From Candidatus Atelocyanobacterium thalassae (lineage in GTDB: Bacteria; Cyanobacteriota; Cyanobacteriia; Cyanobacteriales; Microcystaceae), in the NCBI GenBank assembly GCA_051971635.1, contig JBFPLN010000003.1:224001-288000 (forward strand): a stretch of 64,000 bases of DNA, written 5' to 3'. The notes under the pieces are model-generated. The model saw only the letters and a program-made list of their open reading frames with translations, searched no databases and had not been told where the DNA came from. The translations under genes were made by a program, and so were the position numbers. Shown here in pieces: positions 21,857-33,545 of this stretch (positions within the stretch are counted from its first letter, which is position 1; every line of letters begins with the position of its first letter).

Positions 21857-22285
21857 TTAGACTTCATAAGAAGCTTTACCTGAAAACTTCAAAGTGACAG
21901 GTTCAGGATTAGTTCCAATTTTTCTATCTACTTTACCAGCGTAAGAACGTCCTTCTTTTGCTACTTCAGAAGCGACTCCGTCAATAGGATAAAGAAGCTG
22001 AGCATCACCATTAGGATAGACGCGATAAATTTTATAACTTTCAATAATAGGCTCAAATTTTGTCTGTAGCTGTTTTCCTAATGCTAAGCATTGTTCCTTA
22101 GTAGCAAGATGCAAAAGATTTGCTCCTACATTCATAATTGCTGCTCCACCAGTAGGCATTTCAAAAACTTGTTCTGTTCCACTACTCCAGGTAATAGCAT
22201 ATCTTTCTTCAAGGTAAGCACTAGAGAGTAAACCACCTGTACTGCCACCGAAGATAGGAAGTTTTCCTTTGAGCTTTTCTGCCAT
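21857..22285 (-). CDS. psaD: Photosystem I subunit II PsaD (divergent)
   Basis: Motifs [28 protein letters not shown] and YKIYRVYP. Confidence 0.97.
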   Translation of the reverse strand: MAEKLKGKLPIFGGSTGGLLSSAYLEERYAITWSSGTEQVFEMPTGGAAIMNVGANLLHLATKEQCLALGKQLQTKFEPIIESYKIYRVYPNGDAQLLYPIDGVASEVAKEGRSYAGKVDRKIGTNPEPVTLKFSGKASYEV

Positions 22286-22320
22286 GGTACTTTATTCCTC
22301 TTAAAAAAGTGTTTTAGGGA

Positions 22321-22371
22321 ATCCTATCATTGAGTTATCCCTTATTATTGAAATTAGTAAAAAACTGTAAT
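22321..22371 (-). promoter_or_regulatory. psaD promoter: extended -10 (TGA-TAGGAT) and an HLR1/RpaB-like direct repeat
   Basis: Minus strand ATTACAGT-TT-TTTACTAA at 22354-22371, upstream of TAGGAT at 22321-22326. The AT-rich background weakens the match. Confidence 0.4.
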
Positions 22372-22698
22372 AAATATTTGTTAATTTTTGTATAAAATGA
22401 ATTTCTATATTTTAGACTTGTGACAAAATTATTATATTTTCAACTAGATAATATATAGTTTTAGGATGTGAAGCATTAGATTATTCCTAGTACTATAAAT
22501 AAATTATTTTAATAGAGTTTTTACTAAATAAACTGGCAGTAATACTAATTTCAGCAAATTTCAAAAAATTGAATGTTTTAGCTTGAAAGATAATTGAAAA
22601 CATGAAACAGACAAAATGAACATCTTAGAGATTAATTTTGTAACTAATAAAGAATTAGAGTGCAAATTAAATCAAACTCTAATTCTCTATTAAGATAA

Positions 22699-23001
22699 TT
22701 ATCCATTTGGAAGAATATGACAGAAACTAAGATGCACAAGACTTCTTTTCCAGGGATGAGCTTGTATTTCTTTAATTACAGCTTTACCTTTCCAGGAAAG
22801 GTCAGGAATATCTACATCAATTATCGTTTCATTGATTTTTACATTTCTAAGCATTAATGCAGCTTCTTTCTTGTCAACAACTAATTGCATTGATTCAGTT
22901 CCATTATGTCCATATAAAGTTGTAGGAAGTAGTCCTTCGCGACGGAGAGCGTTAGGCTTAACACTTAGAGGTCTTTTTTGGCATTGAATTGATAGGGGCA
23001 T
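22699..23001 (-). CDS. rplY: 50S ribosomal protein L25 (short form)
   Basis: Motifs KPNALRREGLLPTTLYGH and KEIQAHPWK...HLSF; start at ATG 23001. Confidence 0.92.
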   Translation of the reverse strand: MPLSIQCQKRPLSVKPNALRREGLLPTTLYGHNGTESMQLVVDKKEAALMLRNVKINETIIDVDIPDLSWKGKAVIKEIQAHPWKRSLVHLSFCHILPNG

Positions 23002-23529
23002 AACATTTAACTCACTAATATAGTTGACTTGATTTTTATAAACCACGATAAATTCTATCGTTAATAATAAGAATCTTAAAGTAAATCTTCTAAAATTCTT
23101 TAACCTTCTTTGCTTTTTACAATCTAAGCAAAATCATGTAGATAAAACTAGTACAATTTAGCTAGATACCATTAGTACGAATATAATGATACTTAACTTA
23201 ATAATATCTAAACAGATTAGTTGGTCAATTTTAATTAATCAATAATTAGAATCTATCACAATATTTACAGTGATACTAATATTTATAGACATCTTATACT
23301 TTAGCTTTGTAATTTACCTAATAATTTTTCACTTTCTCTCATAAGTTGCTGAAAAAACAAGTCTTAGCATATATTTATAATGTTAAAGGAAATTTTTGAA
23401 ATTAATATTCAGTTTCAACATGAGTAATATTAATTACAAATCAATATTACTCAGAATAGAACATATAGTTTGCAAAATTTATAATTAATACTATTTTGTT
23501 AGAACAATTTAGTTAAATAATTTCTTTTT

Positions 23530-24267
23530 TTATGAGATTTTATTCAAACACAAATCATAATGATACGGACACTTATCTTCACAGCTTTTATGATGAACAA
23601 AACTATCTTCATCTTGATTGATATCATATAAGTTGTAATTAAGATAACTTAACAATTTTTCCAAATCTAAATTGGTTTGGTTGTGCTGAATTTGATTATA
23701 TTGAAAATTTAAATATTGAGGTTTATGTTTATCTTTTATAAACCAGTATGTCATTGATATATTTTCTGGTAAATAAGTAGATGTTTCTGCTAATAAATAT
23801 AAATAGAGCCTAGTTTGCCAATCATTTTCTAATTGTTTTTTGTCTTTAGGTTTTAAATAAGTTTTCCAATCTAAGATTTGTACTTGATTATTCCTTACAA
23901 TTAATAAATCATATATAGCTGTCAATAAATAATTGTCCTTTTTGAAAGCTATATAATGTTCCGCTTCCGTCCAAAATTCAGAGCTTAGAGTGTGTTTATC
24001 AATAATAGATCTGAATAAAATTTTTACCATTTCATTTAAATTTGAGTATTGAACTAATGCAGAATCAATTGACAATCCCAAAAAATGTTGCTGCATTAAT
24101 TGATGAAATTGATTTCCCCAATGTAAACTTTTTTGTGATTCTAAACTCATAGGAGAACTTAAATGATCTATATAAATTTTTTTGAACTGAGGAGGACAAG
24201 TTTCTAATAAATTTAATTGAGATTGGGATAAACGTATTAGTGAGTTATCGCATTTAGGATAGTGCAT
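23530..24267 (-). CDS. Stand-alone PD-(D/E)XK nuclease family protein (AddB/Cas4-like)
   Basis: Motifs LSQSQL..LETCP, GNQFH, YDLL, ILDWKT and QTRLY; C-terminal Cys cluster. Confidence 0.8.
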   Translation of the reverse strand: MHYPKCDNSLIRLSQSQLNLLETCPPQFKKIYIDHLSSPMSLESQKSLHWGNQFHQLMQQHFLGLSIDSALVQYSNLNEMVKILFRSIIDKHTLSSEFWTEAEHYIAFKKDNYLLTAIYDLLIVRNNQVQILDWKTYLKPKDKKQLENDWQTRLYLYLLAETSTYLPENISMTYWFIKDKHKPQYLNFQYNQIQHNQTNLDLEKLLSYLNYNLYDINQDEDSFVHHKSCEDKCPYHYDLCLNKIS

Positions 24268-24471
24268 TGTCTAAATTACGGACTTTATGTGTGAAATTTA
24301 AAAATTAATGACTAAAACATTAATTTCTATGATATTTCTATAAAATGCTAACAAGAAATAAGGAACTACATCTTAATATAATATGTCTCTTTCTAAGATT
24401 AGAGGACTTAATAGTGCAATATAAAGTCCTCTATATTGCTAGTCTTTAGACATAAATTTATAGCTTAGATC

Positions 24472-25686
24472 ATGAAAATATCTACCTTACCATTACGATT
24501 AGCTACTATCGTAACTATTGCTCTTAGTAACTGTATTTTTTCAACTTTTCTCGCTAGAGCCTATACTTTTAGTGAGACTCCTCTTGACCAAGACAAGATT
24601 ATTGCCGTTGCTAGACCTTATGGCGAAGGAAAGTATGACTTATTAGTAATTGAACAAGTACCAGGGAAAAGGAGTTGCTGGACAGAGAAAGGACAAAATC
24701 CAGTTTTGATTGACCCTTTATTAATTAATTTTGATTTTACTGGTATTTGTCGCCGTTCTACGGATAGTAATGGTTATTCAATACGTCTTGATGGTAACGA
24801 TTTAGGATTAGACTATTTATTACGTATTGTTAATAGTGGTGGAGAACTGCATTTAGTAGGAACGCCTAGAAGCAATAAGCATAGTGAGATAATTTTAGGT
24901 AGTACTCAAGGATTCAGCTCTGGATTTATGAAAATTAATTTATATTCAGGTTGGCAATTTACCAAACGAACTTATCAAAATAAGATCCTAGGCCATTTTT
25001 ATCTTAGTGGTTCTCAAATGGCTATTGCACAAGGACAAAATACTACTACATTCTCTAGCGCCTCGACTTCACCTGCTGTTAACATTGATCCTCAACATAA
25101 TTTAATAGATATTAAAGGTAATAAGTATGAAGAATCAATTTCTAAGGCAGTTAATATAGGTTTAATGTCGGGTTTCAAAGATCATACTTTTCGGCCAGAT
25201 CAACCTATTAGCCAAGAGCAGTTGGTTTCTATGGCAATTAATATTGTAAATACCATTAAACGAACAGATTTAGAGACAATTTCGAGTAACAATATTACAT
25301 CCTTTGAGAATCCTCATCAAGATATTAATAAGATGAAACAGGCATATTCAAATTTTCTTGGGAATAGTAATAATTCGGTGCAAACCAGTAAATCTGTTAA
25401 TCGCATGGAATTAATTAATTCTATGCAACGTGTAGTTGTGTACCTAAGAAAAGAATTAAATATTTCGGAAGATGCTCAAAACATCAATGGATCTACTTCT
25501 TTCCCTGGTATTTCCCATGAATCTTCCATGAAACAAATATCAGGATATTGCAACATAGCTGATCTTTCAAGTGAGAAAGAATTCACTTCTAGTCTAGAAG
25601 GTAAAGCAACCCGCGACTATACAGCATCTATCTTAGTTAAAGTTTTAAATTGCTTAAAATCTGAAATAGAAGAAACTAAAAAATAA
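24472..25686 (+). CDS. Secreted DUF3747-type protein with C-terminal SLH-like region
   Basis: Signal peptide, DPLLINFDFTGICRRSTDSNGYSIR motif, and GLMSGFKDHTFRPDQPISQEQ (SLH-like). Confidence 0.8.
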   Translation: MKISTLPLRLATIVTIALSNCIFSTFLARAYTFSETPLDQDKIIAVARPYGEGKYDLLVIEQVPGKRSCWTEKGQNPVLIDPLLINFDFTGICRRSTDSNGYSIRLDGNDLGLDYLLRIVNSGGELHLVGTPRSNKHSEIILGSTQGFSSGFMKINLYSGWQFTKRTYQNKILGHFYLSGSQMAIAQGQNTTTFSSASTSPAVNIDPQHNLIDIKGNKYEESISKAVNIGLMSGFKDHTFRPDQPISQEQLVSMAINIVNTIKRTDLETISSNNITSFENPHQDINKMKQAYSNFLGNSNNSVQTSKSVNRMELINSMQRVVVYLRKELNISEDAQNINGSTSFPGISHESSMKQISGYCNIADLSSEKEFTSSLEGKATRDYTASILVKVLNCLKSEIEETKK

Positions 25687-25921
25687 TATGATTGGACCCT
25701 TGATTATTAGAATAATTATAAGAATATTATAATTTTTCTAGCTTGTAATCATAGTTCGCTATTTTTTTGAGAAATATAATTAACTTTGATAAGTCTTCAG
25801 AACCCTAATACAATGAGGTTTTTGAGACTTATTTATTTTTCTAGTCAATTTTTACAATATGATAGTTTTGAAAATGTCATATTATATGTCACTTTTGTTT
25901 ACTAAGATGATATAGTATCAA

Positions 25922-26000
25922 GGTGTGTAAGGAGTAAGAGTGACTTGAAAAGGTCCTTGAAGTCGAAACATGGCAAGACGTTCTGGACCTTTTCTTTTCT
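25922..26000 (+). ncRNA. Probable Yfr2-family small RNA
   Basis: Extended -10 TGA-TATAGT at 25908-25916; 5' GGTGTGTAAGGAGT; stem gaaaaggtcc/ggaccttttc enclosing a gtc-GAAACATGGCAA-gac loop; followed by a U-rich tail. Confidence 0.7.
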
Positions 26001-26047
26001 TATATCTTTAACAAAAGCATTTTACCGTAAAATTTCTTGTGTCTGTT

Positions 26048-26111
26048 TATATATACGTGTGTGACCCCTTAAGAAGAAAAACATTCTTAAGGGGTCACAT
26101 ACGTATATATA
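26048..26111. terminator. 28-bp-arm inverted repeat (1 mismatch) downstream of atpC
   Basis: tatatatacgtgtgtgaccccttaagaa-gaaaaaca-ttcttaaggggtcacatacgtatatata. Confidence 0.85.
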
Positions 26112-26129
26112 TGATGTAAGAAACCTTGG

Positions 26130-26540
26130 TTAGGATATCCCTCCAGAAGCATTAAAACGTGCTTTTGCACGCTTTAATGCATTAGAAGCTTTAATCTTTT
26201 CTAACTGTTCGCTTCCTTTGTTTACTTCTTCTAATTTAGCTTGAGCAACATTATACTCTTGCTTCGCTTCTTCTCTATCAATGGTCTCTCCTATTTCGGC
26301 AAAGTTTACTAAGACTTTTACTTCATCTTGATCAACTTCTGCAAAGCCTCCCATTATTGCTACATTTTGCCACTCTTTGTCAGTCCTAATACGCATTACT
26401 CCAGTATCAAGAGCAGTTAGAAGAGGCGCATGCCCACTTAAGATACCTAACTGTCCTGAAGTACTTGGTAGAACGACTTCTTGAACAGTATTGTCCCAAA
26501 CGGTTTTATCTGGGGTGATTACACGAACTGTTAGTACCAT
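26130..26540 (-). CDS. atpC: ATP synthase F1 epsilon subunit
   Basis: Motifs [17 protein letters not shown] and MGGFAEV. Confidence 0.97.
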   Translation of the reverse strand: MVLTVRVITPDKTVWDNTVQEVVLPSTSGQLGILSGHAPLLTALDTGVMRIRTDKEWQNVAIMGGFAEVDQDEVKVLVNFAEIGETIDREEAKQEYNVAQAKLEEVNKGSEQLEKIKASNALKRAKARFNASGGIS

Positions 26541-26632
26541 GTTAATTATTAATTATCAGTTATTAGAAGGGCGAATAGTTATTCACCCTGATATAAATTT
26601 AGAAAACGGAAGATTAGGAAATGCTTAAACGA

Positions 26633-28087
<1,455 letters not shown>

Positions 28088-28464
28088 TTATCCTCTCTTT
28101 GGAATTAGCTTACAAATGACTAAATGAAAATATTTAATGTTATTTTCGTCACTCTTATAGGCTACCATCTATAGAGTACTCAAGGAAATGGCTTAATTCT
28201 TGTTTAATAACTATCTTTGTACAAAAGATTAATCACACTGCTAGTGTCGTGTGGTTAAGAGTTATGTTTTTATGGATGAAATATAAATTTAATCTTATTT
28301 ATCAAAAGAAAGTAGTCATTTAATGTTTTATATACTCAAAAGTAAGGCAATATTAATAATTTAAAGTTAAACAAATTAAATGAATGATAAATCTAAAAAA
28401 TATTGGGTATAAGTTATTTGTTTCATAAAAGTTCTTCATAATCAAAGTATAAATTCTACTTAAA

Positions 28465-28941
28465 ATGGAAAGTAATTTTAAAAATAGCCACGAAATTCAT
28501 CGTCAATGGATGAGAAAAGCATTAAATTTAGCTAAAAAAGCAGGAAATATAGAAGACGTTCCTGTAGGAGCTATAGTTGTTGATAATTACGGAAAATTAA
28601 TTGCTCAAGGATATAACTGTAAACAACAGAAAAATGATCCTACAGGGCATGCAGAAATTATTGCTATTCGTCAGGCTAGTCAAAAATTACACTCTTGCTA
28701 CTTAGATAACTGTATACTTTATGTTACTTTAGAACCCTGTATTATGTGTACTGGAGCTATTCTACATTCTCGAATAGGATTACTGGTTTATGGGGTAGAT
28801 GATCCTAAAACAGGAGCTATCCGTACCGTTGTTAATTTACCTGATAGTGATGCTTCCAATCATCGTTTACCTGTGCTTTCTGGTATCCTAAAACAAGAAT
28901 GTAAAAAGCATTTACAAGATTGGTTTAAACTAAAAAGATAA
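28465..28941 (+). CDS. tadA: tRNA adenosine(34) deaminase
   Basis: Motifs VPVGA, DPTGHAE and TLEPCIMC. Confidence 0.93.
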   Translation: MESNFKNSHEIHRQWMRKALNLAKKAGNIEDVPVGAIVVDNYGKLIAQGYNCKQQKNDPTGHAEIIAIRQASQKLHSCYLDNCILYVTLEPCIMCTGAILHSRIGLLVYGVDDPKTGAIRTVVNLPDSDASNHRLPVLSGILKQECKKHLQDWFKLKR

Positions 28942-29076
28942 AAAATAACTAATAAAAATAATTCTAAATTGTTATAGTTTCATATGATCTTGAACACCAT
29001 AAGGAGCTACAGACAAGTTGTGTGAAAAAACTATGCTTATAATAATAACCTATACACAGATATCAACAGTCTTACT

Positions 29077-31965
29077 ATGACAAATCAACAAGATTTGCCT
29101 CTTTTAATTTTAATTGATGGCCATTCTTTAGCCTTTAGAGCCTATTACGCTTTTTCTAATTCTAGGAAAGGGTTACTCAGAACTGCTACAGGAATTCCAA
29201 CTAGTATTTGCTTTGGATTTCTAAATTCTTTAATACAAGTTATTGACTCAGAGAAGCCTAAATATATAGCTATTGCTTTTGATAGTAAAGAAAAAACATT
29301 TCGCCATAAATTTGATACTGACTATAAAGCAAATCGTCCAGAAGCTCCAGAAGATTTTATTATTGATATTAAAAATTTACAAAAAGTTTTAAGAACACTA
29401 AATTTATTGACCATTACTGTGCCTGGGTATGAAGCAGATGACATATTAGGTACACTGGCTATAAAAGCCAGTAATAAGGGTTGTCATGTAAAAATTCTCA
29501 GTGGTGATAAAGATCTTTTTCAATTAGTTGATGATAGAAAGAATATAAGTGTTCTTTATCCGGAAAGGAATGGAATTAAATCTTCCCTGGAGAAGAAATA
29601 TACAGAAATAACATCTAAGACGGTTATAGAAAAATTAGGAATAGTCTCAGAACAGGTTGTTGACTATAAAGCACTATGTGGCGATAAATCAGATAATATT
29701 TCTGGAGTCAGAGGTATTGGCGAAAAAACAGCAGTTAAGCTTTTAACTGAGTACAAAACCTTAGAGGGTATTTATCATAATATTGAATATATAAAGGGTG
29801 CAAATAAAAAGAAACTTACAGATGGTAGGTACGAAGCAGAACACTCACGTTACTTAGCTAAAATTGTTATTGACTGTCCATTGATTTTCGATATAGATGA
29901 ATCTGAACTAAAAGGTTTTAATGTAAGTGCAGCAAAAGATATTTTCGAAGAGTTAGAGCTGAAAAAATTTAATGAAAACATCACCCAATTACAGAAACAA
30001 TTAGGTGGAAAGCTTTCTCAGCAGTTATTACAAAAGATAGATCAATCAGTTGATACAGGTAAGACGTCAAATCATAAGCATAATACAAAAAATAATAATA
30101 ATGAAATAAGTATTAATCCTCAAATTATCAGTAATACATGTCAGCTAGATGAATTAATTATTAAACTTTTAAGGTATCAAGATCCTAATTATCCAATCGC
30201 TTGGGATCTAGAAACGACAGACTTAAATCCTAGAAAAGCTGAACTAATAGGAATTGGATGTTGTTGGGGAAAAGAGGTAAATGATATTGCATATATTCCT
30301 GTAGGACATAAAGAAGGTAAACAATTAACTACAAAAGAAATTCTGGGAAAGCTGCGACAAATTCTTGAAAGTAACCTTTACCCTAAAGTTTTTCAAAATG
30401 CAAAATTTGACCGTCTTGTTTTATTTAACCAGGGTATCTATCTAAATGGGGTTGTTTTTGATACGATGCTAGCTAGTTATGTTATTAATTCTGATGGTAG
30501 CCACAAATTAAGCAGTTTATGTAAACAATATTTAAAAAATGTTGTTTCTCAAGATTATTCAGAATTAGTAATTAATAAAAAACAAACTATTGCTGACTTA
30601 GATATTTTGCAAGTTGCTAATTATTGTGGAATGGATGTTTATAGCACTTTTTTATTAGTAAAGCCATTAAAACAAAAGCTTAGAGATTTTCCAGATTTAG
30701 AAAAATTATTTTTAGAAGTGGAACAATCTTTAGAAATAGTTTTATCAAAAATGGAAAACCAAGGTATTCTAATTGATGTAGACTATTTAAAAATTTTATC
30801 AAGACAAATTAACAACAACTTATTTTGTCTTGAAGAAAAAATTTGTAAAGAAGCTAAAGAGAAATTTAATCTAGGCTCACCTAAGCAATTAAGTAAAATT
30901 TTATTTGAAAAGTTACAATTAAATACTAAAAAATCTAAAAAAATAACAACTGGATATTCAACTGATCATGCTACTTTAGAAAAATTAAAAGGTGATCATC
31001 CAATAATTGATTATCTTTTAGAATATAGGACTTTATCTAAATTACAGTCAACTTACATAGATACTTTACCAACATTAGTCAATAGTCAAACATGTCGGAT
31101 ACATACTAGTTTCAATCAATTTATTACTACAACAGGAAGGTTATCTTCTTCCAATCCAAATTTACAAAATATCCCTATTAGAACTGAATTTTCTCGTAAA
31201 ATAAGACGAGCATTCATTCCTCCTGAAAAATGGTTATTAGTTTCAGCAGACTATTCACAAATTGAATTAAGAATATTAGCGCATTTAAGTCAAGAACCTT
31301 TACTAGTAAATGCTTATTGTAGTTGTCAGGATATCCACACTGTTACGGCACAGTTATTATTCGATAAAAAAGAAATTACGATAAAAGAGAGAAATTTAGG
31401 AAAGACCATTAATTTTGGTGTTATCTATGGAATGGGTTCACAAAGATTTGCAAGAGAAGCAGGAGTAACAACAGCTCAAGGAAAAGATTTTATTAATAAG
31501 TATCATCAACGATATAAAAAAGTATTTGAATTTCTAGAAAATGTAAAAAAGGAAGCTATTGTAAAGGGTTATGTTACAACAATATTAGGAAGAAGACGTC
31601 ACTTTAACTTCCATAGTGATAGTTTGCGAAACCTATACGGATATGACTCTGATACAGTTAATTTAGATAAGTTAAAGTATGGTTATAGCGACTCCCAACT
31701 ATTGAGAGCTGCTGCTAATGCTCCAATACAGGGCTCAAGTGCTGATATCATTAAAGTTGCAATGATTAGAATAGACAAACTTTTAAAAAGTTATAAAGCT
31801 AAATTATTATTACAAGTTCATGATGAATTAGTATTCGAGATACCTCTAGAGGAATTAGAGGAATTACAGAATAAGATAAAGCAGATTATGGAAAACTCCG
31901 TGAAATTAACTATTCCCCTACTAGTAGAAATAAAATCTGGGATTAATTGGATGGAAGCTAAATAA
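29077..31965 (+). CDS. polA: DNA polymerase I
   Basis: 5'-3' exonuclease (IDGHSLAFRAY, YEADD), 3'-5' domain (DLET), polymerase motifs DYSQIELR, KTINFGVIYG and QVHDE. Confidence 0.98.
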   Translation: MTNQQDLPLLILIDGHSLAFRAYYAFSNSRKGLLRTATGIPTSICFGFLNSLIQVIDSEKPKYIAIAFDSKEKTFRHKFDTDYKANRPEAPEDFIIDIKNLQKVLRTLNLLTITVPGYEADDILGTLAIKASNKGCHVKILSGDKDLFQLVDDRKNISVLYPERNGIKSSLEKKYTEITSKTVIEKLGIVSEQVVDYKALCGDKSDNISGVRGIGEKTAVKLLTEYKTLEGIYHNIEYIKGANKKKLTDGRYEAEHSRYLAKIVIDCPLIFDIDESELKGFNVSAAKDIFEELELKKFNENITQLQKQLGGKLSQQLLQKIDQSVDTGKTSNHKHNTKNNNNEISINPQIISNTCQLDELIIKLLRYQDPNYPIAWDLETTDLNPRKAELIGIGCCWGKEVNDIAYIPVGHKEGKQLTTKEILGKLRQILESNLYPKVFQNAKFDRLVLFNQGIYLNGVVFDTMLASYVINSDGSHKLSSLCKQYLKNVVSQDYSELVINKKQTIADLDILQVANYCGMDVYSTFLLVKPLKQKLRDFPDLEKLFLEVEQSLEIVLSKMENQGILIDVDYLKILSRQINNNLFCLEEKICKEAKEKFNLGSPKQLSKILFEKLQLNTKKSKKITTGYSTDHATLEKLKGDHPIIDYLLEYRTLSKLQSTYIDTLPTLVNSQTCRIHTSFNQFITTTGRLSSSNPNLQNIPIRTEFSRKIRRAFIPPEKWLLVSADYSQIELRILAHLSQEPLLVNAYCSCQDIHTVTAQLLFDKKEITIKERNLGKTINFGVIYGMGSQRFAREAGVTTAQGKDFINKYHQRYKKVFEFLENVKKEAIVKGYVTTILGRRRHFNFHSDSLRNLYGYDSDTVNLDKLKYGYSDSQLLRAAANAPIQGSSADIIKVAMIRIDKLLKSYKAKLLLQVHDELVFEIPLEELEELQNKIKQIMENSVKLTIPLLVEIKSGINWMEAK

Positions 31966-32381
31966 GTTTAATTATTATGGTGAAAACTATAACCTTACTT
32001 AAAATTGTTTCCATATAGAATAAGAACTTTAAGTTTAATTAATTTTAAAAAAGAAAAAGGTTTATTAATTTTTATCGATTAAAAGTAACAATCTTATCAT
32101 TTACTTAAGTTATATTAGAACTTGTAATAAATATATCAAGATGTATTTTTAGAAGTTAATAAATATTTACTATATAACTTTTGATGAAATAAAATTTTTC
32201 TCTTATGTACCTTGTATAGAAAGTAGGACTTGAATTCTATTAAATTAACTTAACCCTAATATAAAATTATTAAGATCACTGCTAATATAAAGTAAGATTT
32301 TCAAGTAATTAAAAATTCTACATATCCTAAACTTTTTAAACTTTTCACAACAACATAATTTAACGTAGGCAACTGTTATAT

Positions 32382-33005
32382 ATGTCAGAGCAAGACTGGT
32401 TAGTAAAAGATAGTGGTAAATTTATATCACTTAGTTCGCCAAGAGACTGGGATTTATTAAATTCATTTTCTTCCTATCGACTATATCATTTTTTAATAGA
32501 ACTAGATAATATAGTGATTGATGTTGATGGGAAACAAGAAGTTGAAGATGAGTATCTCTTAAAGTTAAGGTATTTAACTAGAAAGTTAATAATTAATACT
32601 AATTGGATTAGTACTAATATATCTGTTCCTAATAAAGGAGTAGATATATCGGTACTGTATGATGAACCAGGCTATCCATATACTCTCCAACGAGAAATTA
32701 TGCTACCTGGAAACAGTACATTTATTCATAATCATGGAACTTGGGCAGTTGTAGCAACATTACAAGGAATGCAAAAAAATATATTGTGGAAACCTTCTCC
32801 GAGTCTAGAATATCCTAATAAAATTGAAAAGGCTAGTGAGAAAATTTTTCAACCTGGAGATATTGTAAGTTTTACGACTGATGCCATTCACTCTGTCGAG
32901 GCTATAGGTGATGAGCCAAGTATTACTCTAAATATTTATGGCGAAACCAATGCACTGAAGAGATTAAAGTTTGACATTAATGATAATTGTGCTCACCGTT
33001 TCTAG
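32382..33005 (+). CDS. Metal-binding cupin (cysteine dioxygenase-like fold)
   Basis: IHNHGTW and AIHSVE histidine triad; C-terminal LNIYG. Confidence 0.7.
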   Translation: MSEQDWLVKDSGKFISLSSPRDWDLLNSFSSYRLYHFLIELDNIVIDVDGKQEVEDEYLLKLRYLTRKLIINTNWISTNISVPNKGVDISVLYDEPGYPYTLQREIMLPGNSTFIHNHGTWAVVATLQGMQKNILWKPSPSLEYPNKIEKASEKIFQPGDIVSFTTDAIHSVEAIGDEPSITLNIYGETNALKRLKFDINDNCAHRF

Positions 33006-33023
33006 AAGACTTTCAATTATCTT

Positions 33024-33230
33024 TTATAGTATTTTTTTAAATCTCTCAAAATATAAAGGTACTGCTACAAGGCTTAGTTTCAATATCCATGGAGCAAGGA
33101 TAAGAGTCACCAATAATGATAATAATGCAAGACATCCCATGGAAACTTTGACTATATCTTCTTGTAGATTTAGGCTTAAAAAAGCAGACATTGAAGCAAT
33201 ACCTAAGGTAATTAAAGAAGCGACTAACAT
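33024..33230 (-). CDS. Small hypothetical membrane protein
   Basis: 68-aa hydrophobic ORF with ATG start; upstream TTGACA-18-TAGCGT promoter-like element on the minus strand (33364-33393). Confidence 0.6.
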   Translation of the reverse strand: MLVASLITLGIASMSAFLSLNLQEDIVKVSMGCLALLSLLVTLILAPWILKLSLVAVPLYFERFKKIL

Positions 33231-33545
33231 TTTTCTCTGCTAACTCATAATTATTTGTAATACAAGAAACTTTTGGCGAAGAAGAATCTTATTTGTAACT
33301 TTTTTAGACATAGCTGTTTTATAAGGCACCAAGTTACGCCAACAAATACTCTATATATTAACAACGCTACACAATTCTTAACACAAGTGTCAAGCTAGAG
33401 TACAAATATAGTATTCGATGTTTATGGATAAAAAATTATATTCTCATATTTCAATTGGCTGTCTTAGATATTCATGGCTTTAATTATTCTATCGGATTGA
33501 TTCTACCAATAATTAACAGCAAAGATTTTATTCATAAGATAAAAG

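Noticed and set aside
23002..24471. Possible CRISPR locus around the Cas4-like gene
   Set aside because: No repeat-spacer array and no cas1 or cas2 in the flanks or anywhere I could see in the window.
28229..28258. Inverted repeat upstream of atpD considered as a CIRCE element
   Set aside because: It does not match TTAGCACTC-N9-GAGTGCTAA and no chaperone gene is adjacent.
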